From NCBI GenBank assembly GCA_963693365.1, contig CAVNZM010000009.1, positions 2,978,231-3,042,230 of the forward strand: a DNA stretch of 64,000 nucleotides, read 5' to 3'. Under the pieces are notes generated by a model, which worked only from the letters and a program-made list of their open reading frames with translations, was not told where the DNA came from and made no database searches. The stretch comes from Amoebidium appalachense. Taxonomy: Eukaryota > Protista > Ichthyosporea. Below, in pieces: positions 13,336-25,800 of this stretch (position 1 is the stretch's first letter; every line of letters begins with the position of its first letter). The position numbers and the translations under genes were made by a program.

Positions 13336-14160
13336 GCCCCCCCTCCCTCTCTCTCTCTTTCTCTCTCTCTCTCTCTTCCTCCCCCCCCCCCCCCCCCCCC
13401 CGGGTTCCGCCGTGTCTCCAAACTCTCTCTCTCTCTCTCTCTCTCTCCCCCCCCCCCCCCCCCCCCCCCCTCCCTCCCCTCTCTCTCTGTTTCTCTCTCT
13501 CTCTCTCTTCCTCCTCCCCCCCCCCCCCCCGGTTCCCCCGTGTCTCCAAAAATGCACTGCAAGCAATTACCCAGGCACGTGCTTGCCTCATTTCACTGGT
13601 GTTCAATGCGCCTGTGTTACCTCTCTTTTGCCTCCCCACCCACCCACCCACCACCACCACCACCACCACCACCGTCGAAAAAAAAAAGAAAGCAAACAAA
13701 ATTAATAAATATTTTATTAAAAAAAAAAAAACTCACACGCACACACACATCACCCCCACTCCCGCGCCGCCCGGTGGTAGGGTCGAAGCTCAAGTACAGT
13801 GCGCGTGACTTGGCATGGTTTTTCTGTGTTTGTTGCGCCGGCCTTTCTATATCCTTCTTTTGACACAGCAGCGGGCCGCCCATTATTCAAGCCCTCCCCC
13901 CCCCCCCCCCCCCCCCCTCCCCCCCTTCCCCCGTACACGTACGTGTGAATACACGCGCTCGCTCACACACACGCACAAATGTTGAACAGCGTCCCACGTA
14001 GGCTCTCCCGGGGGAGAAAGCACACACGCCCTTGAGCATGCTCACAAACGGGCACAATTCATTGTAATTAGTGTTACAATCATGTTCCTTTGCTAACAGG
14101 TATGTTGGGTGCAGGAGGTATGTGGGCTCCGAGGAGAAGGTTGAGGAGGGCAAGGAGTAG
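6328..14160 (+). CDS. STRAP: Serine-threonine kinase receptor-associated protein (STRAP/UNRIP), WD40 repeat, 9 exons
   Basis: join(6328-6436,7099-7163,8126-8196,8914-8995,9755-9927,10912-11049,12010-12146,12933-13065,14115-14160). All introns are GT-AG with consistent phases. Translation [87 protein letters not shown] is diagnostic of STRAP. Confidence 0.95.
10655..10925 (+). repeat. Degenerate tandem repeat containing copies of the STRAP exon 6 acceptor
   Basis: Units with ttagggtgtagg, ttagggtatagg and taagggtatatg precede the true acceptor ttag|ggtatggg (10912). The motif agcgttaaagca recurs in each unit. Confidence 0.65.
13107..13209 (+). mobile_element. ~120-bp dispersed poly-C-tailed element (diverged copy in STRAP intron 8)
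   Basis: ggctctgcttattatgcatactct...tactctataacgcattttaaacccccc, homologous to the copies at 34321 and 38927. Confidence 0.7.
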
Positions 14161-15108
14161 TCATGTGACTGAGACGGTGAATGCGATTGGACGCCAGCCA
14201 CAACCTTTACCTATTTTGGTAAAAGAATGCTCATCTAACTGACAGCGTATTGCTAGTAACGATTGCCGTTAATGTGGTTTAATGGCATGGCTGGCACGGG
14301 CACTCCATTCCTCGCATCGAACCGATTTTCTTTTTTTTCCTTCTGTTTTTTTTCCGTTCATTTAAGTTTTTTTTTTCTTTTCTTTTGTTTTTTATTTTTC
14401 ATTTTTATTTTCATATTTATATATCTTGATTCAGTGGTAGGTGTTATATTGAAGCAGAAACTGTTTCGTATGCTCTTTGACAAGAAGTATTAGCAGGCAC
14501 CATCACACAAACAATGGCATGTCCATTGGTACACAGTAATTTTTCCACTTGTTTTCCATATCTACACACACAACACAACACACAGAAGGGCGTAACTTTA
14601 TTACCTGGGCCTTTCTTAGCAAACACGACGTCCTCACTTAAAAATAGCCAATTGTTTCCTGTGCATGCACAAAAAAATCTCACAGGGAGCTTCAAAAACT
14701 TCTGTGTTCACAACATCGAAAGCAAAACGCGCACATGAACTGAAAAAGTGTTGTCATCCCGCCAGTACTAGTCTGCTTGTATTGTAGTGTCTGTGCACGG
14801 ACACTGTGACTTAAGAATTGGTCAGTAAAGAAAGTGTCATAGACACGATATTGTGCCGCTGGTAGGCACACACTCCCATTATATATTGTCAAAAAAAAGT
14901 ACGAGAGCGCTCTTTTGTCTTGGGAGGAGTTGAACTTCGCCGGCTTGTCCCGAAGTTCATTTCATGATTATGTTTAGATATAGACACTTTTTATATCACC
15001 TCTCTCTCACTCGAGTCCACAAAACATGTAGGCAGTCCCTCAGTTACGTAATTACGAAATCAATAACGGCCGAGGCCGTCACCCGGAACCACTGAGTCAT
15101 TCTCTCTG

Positions 15109-15148
<40 letters not shown>

Positions 15149-15149
15149 C

Positions 15150-15190
<41 letters not shown>

Positions 15191-15256
15191 TTTTTTTTTT
15201 TTTTTTTTTATTTCCTTTTGCTATTGAGCTCGTTTCCGACAACAGGCACGAGGGGT

Positions 15257-15354
15257 TGACGTCATGCTGACATCACGTTTTAGAATTATAGGTCAGCCAA
15301 TCAAATCCACGAATAGAATATAGATTATACTGTCCACTCCGGCGGGTATATAAA
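15257..15354 (+). promoter_or_regulatory. Putative Pol II promoter (CRE, CCAAT, TATA) of the heptad-repeat gene
   Basis: TGACGTCA 15257-15264, CCAAT 15297-15301 and TATATAAA 15347-15354 in canonical order. A candidate 5'UTR intron gtaagc..gctaac..cctag lies at 15692-15757, before the ATG at 15786. Confidence 0.5.
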
Positions 15355-15785
15355 CCGGCTCATGGTCACACTCTGCAGTTGAGGTTCAAGTGAAAAAAAA
15401 AAAGCGCCTTGGCATTTTTTCCTAATGCCACACACACTGTTGTTCAAGTTAACAGTAATCCGAAGGCTTAGTAAACCCCAGCTTAGTAAACCCCAGCAAC
15501 TTGGGATGGGGTATAGTTAAGCCTCCTTTTTCTCGCAATCTAGAAGTATGAGCCACTTGGATCTCTCCGTCTCTAGGCTGTTGAATGCACACTGTTTTCC
15601 TCCTGCAAGCGCTTGCACTGGTGTGTTTGAAGCACATATGACTTAGAACATCAATCACCTATCTTGACCCTTCATTAGCTTGTAGCAGCTCGTAAGCTTG
15701 CCGCTAACACCACTTTTCGTTTCCTTTTGTTTCATTTTTAACGACATCTCTTCCTAGTTATTTCCCTATTGTGTATAAAATCAAG

Positions 15786-16553
15786 ATGGAAACGAAAGCT
15801 GGGGCCCCAACCAACGGCTCTAAACAGCAATTTTCTCAAGATAACAGGGAGGTGTTAGAGGGAAACTGTCAGGTTATCGAGGCAAACGGGAAATTAATCC
15901 GGGGAAATGGAAACAGAATAACGGGCAATGGAAACATTATTGAAGGAAATTCGAGTAAGATCAAGGGTGATGACAACTGGATAAAGGGGAACTGCATTCA
16001 CTTAATAGGAAACAGGTGCGCTATTGAAGGAAATATGAATAATGTTACTGGTGATGACAACGACATGAAAGGGAATATGAACAACATCAAGGGAAACCGG
16101 AACCACGTTGTCGGGAACATGAACAACATGCGTGGCCTGGAAAACACGGCTACCGGCAACCTAAACAGCATCAAGGCGGTTAAGGTGTATGATTTTCCAG
16201 AGCAGCAGGCGTCTACACAAACAAACGGGAGAGTAGCTATGGAAACAGCGGCACAGCATGCTCCTGCACAAAACGGAGAGTTTTCACCAAGACCTGTGCC
16301 ATTCTCGGGATCTATGAGCGAAAAACAACCCTACACGTCGGAAATAAGGCCGACAATACAGCCCACCGTGCCTCCCCCCTCCGTCGTTTTCTCCACCCAA
16401 CCCATCACCTCTCCTTCCGCTTTTGCTTCTGGGGTTTCTGCAAGCGACATCCCCTTTGCCTCTCCAGCCCCCATGTATGCATCTGCACCAGCCGATGTTA
16501 GTGACGCACCTCCATCGTATGACGATGTGGTGCTTGGCATTAGCCGGCTTTAA
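15786..16553 (+). CDS. Uncharacterised protein with 16 NxIxG(N/D)x heptads (predicted beta-solenoid), Pro/Ser-rich tail, PPSY motif and C-terminal SRL
   Basis: Clean non-microsatellite 255-codon ORF with AAGATGG start context. Heptads include NRITGNG NIIEGNS SKIKGDD NWIKGNC ... NHVVGNM. The protein ends APPSYDDVVLGISRL*. Confidence 0.8.
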   Translation: METKAGAPTNGSKQQFSQDNREVLEGNCQVIEANGKLIRGNGNRITGNGNIIEGNSSKIKGDDNWIKGNCIHLIGNRCAIEGNMNNVTGDDNDMKGNMNNIKGNRNHVVGNMNNMRGLENTATGNLNSIKAVKVYDFPEQQASTQTNGRVAMETAAQHAPAQNGEFSPRPVPFSGSMSEKQPYTSEIRPTIQPTVPPPSVVFSTQPITSPSAFASGVSASDIPFASPAPMYASAPADVSDAPPSYDDVVLGISRL

Positions 16554-16673
16554 CACTTGTTGAGGTCAATTTTCTCGCTCAGGTACCCGTGGATTCTTTT
16601 TGAGCTAATCACCCCCGCCCTCCGTCCCCCTCTTCTTCCTTTCCCCCCCCCTCCCCCCCTCTCCCTCCCCTCG

Positions 16674-16744
<71 letters not shown>

Positions 16745-17427
16745 GCTCACACACACACACACCCTCGCTCACTCACGATCATGCCCATAATATGCGAGCA
16801 CACACACACACACACATATATCTACCCACCCCCTTTGCCCGGGTGCCGTATCCCACCACCAGCACCATAGCACACATCCACACCCACACGACCAGCATTG
16901 CCGCAGCATTTTCCTTCCTAGCCCTCCCTCCTCCCCCCCCCCTCCCCCCCCTTCCTCCCCCCCGAGATTATGCAGCCTTGAGGTGTCACGTGCGCACTTA
17001 TTTGTCGTATGTGTTAGGGGCATTTGTTGGGGGTTAGGGTCTTTAGTGTGTCTTTCTAGGACTTTGTTTTTCTTCATTCATAGGTTTCGATTTATGTTTC
17101 GTATGTATGTAATACTACACCCAATATTTATACATATGGGTATTCTGTAGGTATAAGAGGGGGCAGGTACCCACGCAAAGACGGCTGTATTGTGACATTG
17201 TTTCAGATTAGTAAGCATTAGAAATAGTCTCTGTATTGCAAAACGGCCGGAAATCCTCTAAGATGCGTTAATGAATTGGAAAGACCATATATTAACTCTG
17301 CATTTGATCGTACTTTCTGAGGCATGGGGCGTCTTATCAGCTTCCCTACCCACCCCCCTCCCCCCCCTCCCCCCCCCCCCCCCACCTCCTCCGCCCCGCA
17401 GCCCCGAATCGTTTCCCGTTAGCCAGC

Positions 17428-17466
<39 letters not shown>

Positions 17467-17628
17467 AAAAAAAAGAAAAGAAAAAACCCCCAACACAACC
17501 CAACGTGGTGATCCACCGATGTTCAAGAGAAACAGCATCTGAAGGTTGGGCTTCACATATTTAGTCCTTGCAAAATCTGCATTGCATCGTCCGTCGTGAA
17601 TGTGTCCGTCGTACACTGTAGCACAATT

Positions 17629-17664
<36 letters not shown>

Positions 17665-17862
17665 CCTCCCCCCCCCTCCCCCCCCTCCCCGCTCCCCCCC
17701 CTCCCCCCCCCCCTCCCCTCCCCTCTCCCCCCCTCCCCCCTCAAAAAGAACCCTTCCTCACTCATCCACCCACACCCATTATCCAGTCAAGAACCACCTC
17801 TCACCCTTCGGCTGCCACAGTGTCCTCTTTGTCTCTGGCCTGGATTTTCTTTGAATATCATG

Positions 17863-17902
<40 letters not shown>

Positions 17903-17991
17903 GTGTCTGTGCTGTGTGTGTGTGTCTGTGCTGTGTGTGTGTGTGTCTGTGCTGTGTGTGTGTGCGTGTGTGTGTGTGTGCATGTCTGTGC

Positions 17992-18067
<76 letters not shown>

Positions 18068-18257
18068 ATGTGTGTGCGTGTGTGCATGACTGCGCAGTGT
18101 GTGTGTACGGTATGTGTGTGTGTGTGGGGGGGGGGGGGGGGGGGGGAGGTGGGGGGGGAGGGGGGAGGAGAGCAGGGGGAGGGGGGCAGATGGTGAAACA
18201 TGGACAGTGAGCTGCTTATCGAGGCAATACGGCTAGCACCGGTATGCTATGACCCTC

Positions 18258-18292
<35 letters not shown>

Positions 18293-19299
18293 CCCCGAGT
18301 CCTCCCGGGGGCCCCGCACATTCTGCGCTGGCCCGCAAAACGCAATCACATCTGGCATTCTCCTCTAATCAAAATGTCCGGATAAAATTTGTTGGCTATA
18401 GTCCAGTGGTGTACTTTTTGAAATACTTAATGCCTCAATCTTGACCCACACAAGCACACATCTATGCGGTGTTGAAGCTGTATTTGCTGGAGCCACCCCT
18501 GTGTATGTATAATGCCATATCTTCATGTTGTATATTCCTCTTCATTGACAACTCCATTCCCCAGTTGAAATCAATACATCTTTCCCCCCCTTCCCCCCCC
18601 CCCCCCCCCCCCCCCTCCCCCCCCTCCAACCCCTTCCACACAACCACGTCCACCACCACACGCGCGCACACACACACATACTCACTTACTTACACGTGTG
18701 TGTGCAGGGACACAGGTCACGCACACGGACATGCAGCATACGCACACAATGCACGCTCACACCCAGGTACTCAAGAACGCGCACAAATATCCCCCCCCCC
18801 CCCCCCCCCCCCCCCCTCTCCCTTCCCCACCCCCCCACCCCCACACACAAAAAAAAAATTAAAATAAAATAAAATAAAATAAGAAGAGGAGGAAGAAGAA
18901 GAAGAAGTATATATATTAAACCCGTTGGTGTATTTGGGCAAATACACCCACGGTGGCCTGAGTTGTATTCAGAGTAGCATCCGCTAGTAGAAAGCTCTGC
19001 TAACCAAACCATGCAGTATGTTTTTAGAGAATTTCACAGGTTTGCGGTTATTCAGTTTCGTGTTTGTACACACACAAGAGAAGATCCTACATTTGTGGGG
19101 GCAATACTGTACTTATGTAGGGATAAATTGTTGTTTTTGATAAGGTGACCTTGGTTGCATGCACATGTGCAGCCTCCGAGGCTCCGGGCAGAGAGAGGGG
19201 GGAGGGAGAGAGGGAGGGGAATGAAGGGGAGAGGGGGGGGGGAGACGGGGGGAGACGGGAAGGGGACACGGCTCAAGATGATGGAAGTGGGACGGTGCC

Positions 19300-19345
<46 letters not shown>

Positions 19346-19526
19346 GTTCAATGACCTTTCTTCTTCTTCTTCTTTTTTTTTTGTGCGTGTGTGTTGGGGG
19401 GGGGGGGGGGGGGGGAGGGGGAGACGGGAGGAGGTGGAGGAAGGGGTTGGCCTGCCCGAGGTGCACACATCGGCCGGGGGAAGGGAGGGGGAGGGGGGGG
19501 AGGGAAGGAAAGGTGGGTGTGGGTGT

Positions 19527-19571
<45 letters not shown>

Positions 19572-19658
19572 TTTCTGTGCATAAGTTATGTTTGTGCGTG
19601 CGCATGACACCGTGTGCCATGCATGCCAGTGTGTTTGGTGTGACAGTGTGCGGCACTG

Positions 19659-19713
<55 letters not shown>

Positions 19714-20303
19714 TGTCTGTCTGTCTGTCTGTGTGTGTGTGTGTGTACGTGTGTACACGTGTGTGCGTTTATGAGGCAGTTTGGCCTTTGGATAAAATAT
19801 GCATCGAGGGAAGGCCCCGCCACACGCCGAGGGGGGGGGGGGGGGGGGGGGGACGGCTCCGGCACGAGGTATTATGCGTGAACCAACAGGTCTATTTTCG
19901 AGAGGCTGGAAAAAAGAAAAAAAAAAGGCTGTCGGCCAAAACGAGAACTACACGAATGTGTTGGTTGTTGCGGTGGTGGGATGGCTAAGGGAAGGGGGGG
20001 GAGGGAAAGAGAGGGGGGGGGGGATCTAAAGAGAAAGGGGGGGGGGGGGGGGGGGGGGGAGGGGGGGATGGTTGGCTCAAGGCCGAGCAGGACCCATCGG
20101 CGGAAACTTCGGTGCTCGGACTGTTATTGTTGTTGTTGAGTTACTATGATGTCACCGTGTATTGTTTTCCCTTTTTTTTCTTTTTTCTTTGCCCTTTGGG
20201 GGGGAAGGGGGGGGGGATATATGTGTGTGTGTGTATCATGTATATATACATACATATATATATATATATTATCTATCAGTATACACATATATATATATAG
20301 ATA

Positions 20304-20362
<59 letters not shown>

Positions 20363-20439
20363 CCCTGAGACCTGAACGAGAGAGAGATGGGGAAAGATCT
20401 ACAGACTACAGAGAACTCGCGAACTGTATGCGCAGGGAA

Positions 20440-20479
<40 letters not shown>

Positions 20480-20829
20480 GGGGGGGGGGGCTAGGATACT
20501 GCTTCGAACTTATCAGCCAGTATTTTTGGACGCCCTAGCTAGGGATGTCTACGCCAGTGCACACACACACACACATATTCAGTCCGAAAACGCATACGTG
20601 CATACAAAGAATAGTAGTGTTGTAGAGCCGCGTGACCTACAAAAATATCGCCTGACGGCTTCACTCCTTCCTGTGGCCCTGGCTCCTGTGGCTCATAGAT
20701 GAGCCAATCATAATACTCAGCTAAACAAATGTTGCAAATTATAACTATAAATGGTAAGCTGATAAGGGAATGACTTCATTGGTGTAAACAAAGTGCTTGA
20801 ACAAAAGTTGGTTACACCCTCGTTTCCCC

Positions 20830-20860
<31 letters not shown>

Positions 20861-20877
20861 GCCGCCGCCGCCGCAAC

Positions 20878-20987
20878 CAAAAATTTCGAGGGGGGGGGGG
20901 GGGGGGAGGGAAGCGAGGGGGGGGGGGGGGGGGGGGGGGGGGTTTGAATGCGGAACACGGTACGAAGGGGGGGGGGGATTTTTTTGT

Positions 20988-21018
<31 letters not shown>

Positions 21019-21105
21019 GGGGGGGGGACGGAACGAAAATTTCGAGGGGGGGGGGGGGGGGAACGAGGGGGGTGGAGGGGGTTTGAATGCGGAACACGGT
21101 ACGAG
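20878..21105. repeat. Tandem duplication of a poly-G-interspersed unit containing the 3' end of the dispersed element
   Basis: aaatttcgag(G)n..cgag(G)n..tttgaatgcggaacacggtacga occurs twice. The same ttgaatgcggaacacggta motif is at 22344. Confidence 0.6.
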
Positions 21106-21636
21106 GGGGGGGGGGGGGGGGGGGGGGGTGGAATCCGAGTCTGCAGTGTGCTTGCCATTAGTGTCATTATTATTTAAACAGCTGCAGCATGTGAAAGTGA
21201 CCTGCAATCACTTCTACACATTTTTATTGTGGTATTTTGACTACGCATAATGATATCTTGGCGAATGTTGCATGCATGGATGTAGTGTGTGCTTGACGTG
21301 TATGTGGTTGCGTGTGTGCATGTTCGTGTGTGTGTGCCGTGTGCGTGTGCATTGAATGTGACATAGCATACTCTACATACACCGTGACATTACAGTTAAA
21401 CTGTAAGTAACATTACAATCATAAACCACCACTATAACATGCTGAACATTACTGGAAGTTAAATGTTACAACTGACACCTAACAAACTGATTCTTAAGTA
21501 TTAACTTGGCATCATGATGCCAAATACCATACTAATCGAACCTACTAGACATGCTCTACGTTTGCCACCTGACCCCAAAGCAGCTGGCAGCTACAATAAC
21601 AATTAGAAAAATAAAAAACTACGTTGAGGGATTGGC

Positions 21637-22600
21637 TCACTTCCACCTATTATCCGTGACACTAAAACTGAGCAGGCGGATGCCAAAAGCGGTGACCAAA
21701 GCATACAACATGGCCTTGCACCTACATCATTGCATTTAAGTATGACACAGATGGGTGGGATTGCTAAAGTCAGTTGACAGACGCTACATTGTGCACTGGC
21801 TATCGTGCTCGGGTATGTGTGATAATAACTGGGGTGGAACGCTTGCGGAAGATTACAGGGGGGGGGGGGAGGGGGGGAGAAAGGAGCATTAGACTATTAA
21901 CAATTCTATAAGTGAATAAGAGTGTGTGCGCGCGCTCGTGGATGCGAGGGAGGGTGCACGCGTGCATGCATGGGTGTGTTCGTGTGTGCATGTGTGTGAA
22001 AGAGGAGGGGTGTGGGGGGGGGGAGGGGGGGGGGGGGGGGGGAGGTGGGGGGGTGGGGGGGGGGGGGGGGGGGGGGAGGGGGGGCACTCTGAAGGGGGCC
22101 GGGCAGATGTAAGGGAGTACTGATGAAGGAGGGGCTATGAACAGGGGGGGGGATAGATGCAGATGCTTTCAAATAGGTGGAAGAGAAGCAGGGAGCTTCC
22201 AAAAAGGTAGGATGGAAGATATAGGTATAGAGAGAAATGAGAATTAGGGGAGGTAAGAGGTAACGGAGGACTTGAAAAGGAGGGACGAATGGGCAGAGGC
22301 CCTTCTGAGGGGGGGGGAGGGGGGGGGGGAGGGGGGGAGGGGCTTGAATGCGGAACACGGTATGAAGTACGCAAACACCAAGGACACATGCAAAGGCAAA
22401 CATTCAAGTATGCAGGGGGGGGGACAGGACAGGCATAATAAGTGGGCCTGGGAAGGCAGGTTGTCTGACAAAAAACTGGTGTCACTTGGGTTGGAAGGAG
22501 AGATGGATTGATACGTGCAAGGAAGTAAGAAGGTGGAGCAGTTGGGAGGAAGGATTGTGGGAAGGAGGAGAGGGGGAGGGGGGTGCAGAAAAGGGCGGGG

Positions 22601-22634
<34 letters not shown>

Positions 22635-23055
22635 TGGGGGGGGAAAGGGGAGGAGGCCCTGCGGGGAAAGGGGGGGAGAGGCGAGAGGGAGGAGCGGGGG
22701 GTGCATTGGAGGGGAAGGCGGAGTGGGGGGGGGGGGGGTTTCGGCAGGAAGCACCTGGCAAGCTGTATGTCTGCTGCCACGGCCTCGTCAAAGAACACAA
22801 TAGTGAAGAGCAGATGATCCGGGTCCTGCGCTGCTAAAGCAAACCCCTCGGAGCTGTGCACAGACCCAATCAGCTTGCGCATCGCACGCCGGGCGTTGAG
22901 CTTGCGGCCTGCTAGGCGCACACATGTTGACACGTTGAATGGACCGGGGCTCTCATCACTTGACCCCTCATCGTCATCGTCAGAGCCATCACTGTCGAAA
23001 GGCCCAACCTCCATACCACACTCAGCCAAGGAACGGTTGCCATTATTGCCATAAG
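21637..23055 (-). CDS. Unidentified spliced gene fragment (last two exons; a possible further exon ends at 24249)
   Basis: Exon 23055-22755 (good acceptor tctttgtcttcactctgcag, donor gtgctt) encodes YGNNGNRSLAECGMEVGPFDSDGSDDDDEGSS..LLFTIVFFDEAVAADIQLAR. It is phase-compatible with exon 21721-21637, CKAMLYALVTAFGIRLLSFSVTDNRWK*. No family recognised. Confidence 0.45.
22344..22448 (-). mobile_element. ~120-bp dispersed element, diverged copy
   Basis: The reverse complement reads ggcccacttattatgc...gtacttcataccgtgttccgcattcaagcccc. Confidence 0.55.
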
Positions 23056-23736
23056 CTGCAGAGTGAAGACAAAGACAGGGTGAGAGAATAGCTGGTCAAT
23101 GGTTGCCAGTTCTAAAAAAAACCCATTCCCAACCGGATCCCCCATCCAACCCCTCCCTCCACCCCCCCCCCCCCCCCCCCCCCCCCCCCAACACACACAC
23201 ATACACACACAGACCGCCCACACCCTCCCCACCCCCCCCTCTTGCTCTCGGCCCCCCCCTGCCTAATTCTCCCCTTCCCCCTTCTCCCTCTCCGTCCCAC
23301 CCTCCCGCCCTTCCCCTTTGCCGACTGCCCTCCTCTCTTTGCCCCTCTCTTTCTGTCTTTCCCGCCATCCCTCCCACCCACTCATCCTTCCCTCCCTTTC
23401 TCCCTACCCTGACCTCTCCCCCTTCTCCCCCTCCCCTGTCTCTAACGTACACACACAGGCACACACATACACGCTTCCTCCCCCCCCCCCCCCTGCCCCC
23501 TCTCTTTCAAAGTTCCCCCTTCTCCCCTCCCTCATCCTTCTCTGTAACCCCTTCTCTGTACCCACCCACCCACCCACATCACACACACACACACAAACGC
23601 ACACACACACACAGGCACACACACCCGCACACACCCACACACACACACACTCACACACACACACACACACTCAGACACACACACACACGCACACGCACAC
23701 ACACACCGTCCACACACACACACACATACATACGGT

Positions 23737-23856
<120 letters not shown>

Positions 23857-24195
23857 CAACACACACACACACTCACGACACACACACAGGCACACACACA
23901 CACACAGACAGGCACACACCCACAGGCACACACCGTGACACACAGAAACTCTCTACCCACTATCCTGTACTGCCTCTTGACTGATTGTATGCTTAAAGGG
24001 GAAGGGGGGGAAGGGGGAAAAGCGGAGGAGTGGGCTTTAAGTGGGTACATTGCACAGAATGGTCACACAAAACATATGGAACACGTTGCCACACACACCC
24101 TATCGGGTGATAGCAACATATAAGAGGCAAGCCAAAGCAGAAAAGGCAGCATAAAGCGAGGACGCAACACATATAGAGTCCATTGGTGTGTGTGT

Positions 24196-24226
<31 letters not shown>

Positions 24227-24902
24227 GGGGGGGGGAGGGGGGGGGCACCTGATGGACTCCCTCCGCTGTAGATGCATCTATCCGGCCGCCATGACGGGTT
24301 TGATGCCACACCCAATCCCTCAGGAAGGGCTGGGGAGGGCACGTGCCAGCCTCGACAGAGTCCTCATGATCCGCTATGATATTCAATGTACCGTGCAACG
24401 AATGGCTGTTTCAGCTTGGCATGATCTTTAGACCAAGATTTGTTTTCCTTAATGACTTTTTTATTCACCCCATCTGGGTTGTTTGTTGAACCCGCTGCAG
24501 CCAAAAGACAAAACGCGAGGATAACATGAACGAGAATCCTCAGCAAAGCCCAATGGCATTCCCACGTCCAATGCGGACGCGAGCATGTTTGTAACCCATG
24601 CTCACACAAAATATGTACTGTCAGTTATGATCAAGCATTAAAGGGTGTTGTCTGTTTTTATATGAGCCTACTGCAATATGATAAGGATGCTAGCGCCGTG
24701 TCACACCTGTCAACTGCCAGTCCAGGCTGTGACTGCCCGTTCAAGTAGGCCACCTGCAACGGTGGTCGACGTGCCGTCTTGCTTAGCCCGCCTTTCGAGT
24801 TTATTCCTCGAATCAGACGCCACCAACGATGAGCCACAAGAAAACGGATCAGAAACGATTCGAGCTGATTCGACCCATAATAGTTCGAACCGACCCATTT
24901 AT

Positions 24903-24982
24903 GCCCCAAATAAATTTGGCACCAAATAAATTTGGCACGAACCTGGTGACGTAAAATGTGGCACGAATTTATTTGGCACCGG
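24903..24982. repeat. Cluster of short direct and inverted repeats, possibly a DNA-transposon subterminal region
   Basis: ccaaataaatttggcac twice in tandem, an inverted copy aatttatttgg, and four tggcac motifs within 80 bp. Confidence 0.45.
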
Positions 24983-25508
24983 TCAGCCCGCTAGCGGAGC
25001 ACATCAAGCACATCCAGGGGTATCCCCAAGCCCCTGTCGGTGCCTGGGCGACATCCTGCCCTCACACGTACTGACGGTGTGCACGCGGTGCGATGAACTT
25101 TACGTTCGCTGCAGACGGGCACACGTACGGTTTTATCGTCACCTAACCAATCGAATCGGCTAGACTCGGTCCACCATGATATGCAACCAATCAGTTCGGA
25201 AATACGTGTGCCAGGATGTTTTGCCTTTCGATTCCCGCGCGTGCCCGTGCGTTTTGACCCCACCCAAGCCCGAAAATTCAGAAAATTTTGATGGTATTTT
25301 TTCAAGCCCCGATGTATTTTGGGTTTCGGGTTATGGTATTTTTCGTACCATGTCATTTGGCGGGGCACTGTTTGCGCAATCTAACCTCGGGAGTTGGCTC
25401 CATATCTTGCGGGCATGTCTTATGAGGGGCGTGCGCGTACGCGCAGATGTGTGTATGTGATGCGTCGTGTTCTATAATATATATGTGCATATGTGTTTGT
25501 GTGGGTTG

Positions 25509-25552
25509 TCTCTCTCTCTCTCTCCTTCTCTCCATATATCTTCTCTCTCTCG

Positions 25553-25646
<94 letters not shown>

Positions 25647-25671
25647 TCTCTCTCTCCCTCTCTCTCTCTCC

Positions 25672-25757
<86 letters not shown>

Positions 25758-25800
25758 AGTCTGTCTCTCGACTCTCTCTTTCTTTGGGCTCTCTCCCTCC
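25509..25800. repeat. (CT)n microsatellite
   Basis: Directly visible. Confidence 0.9.
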
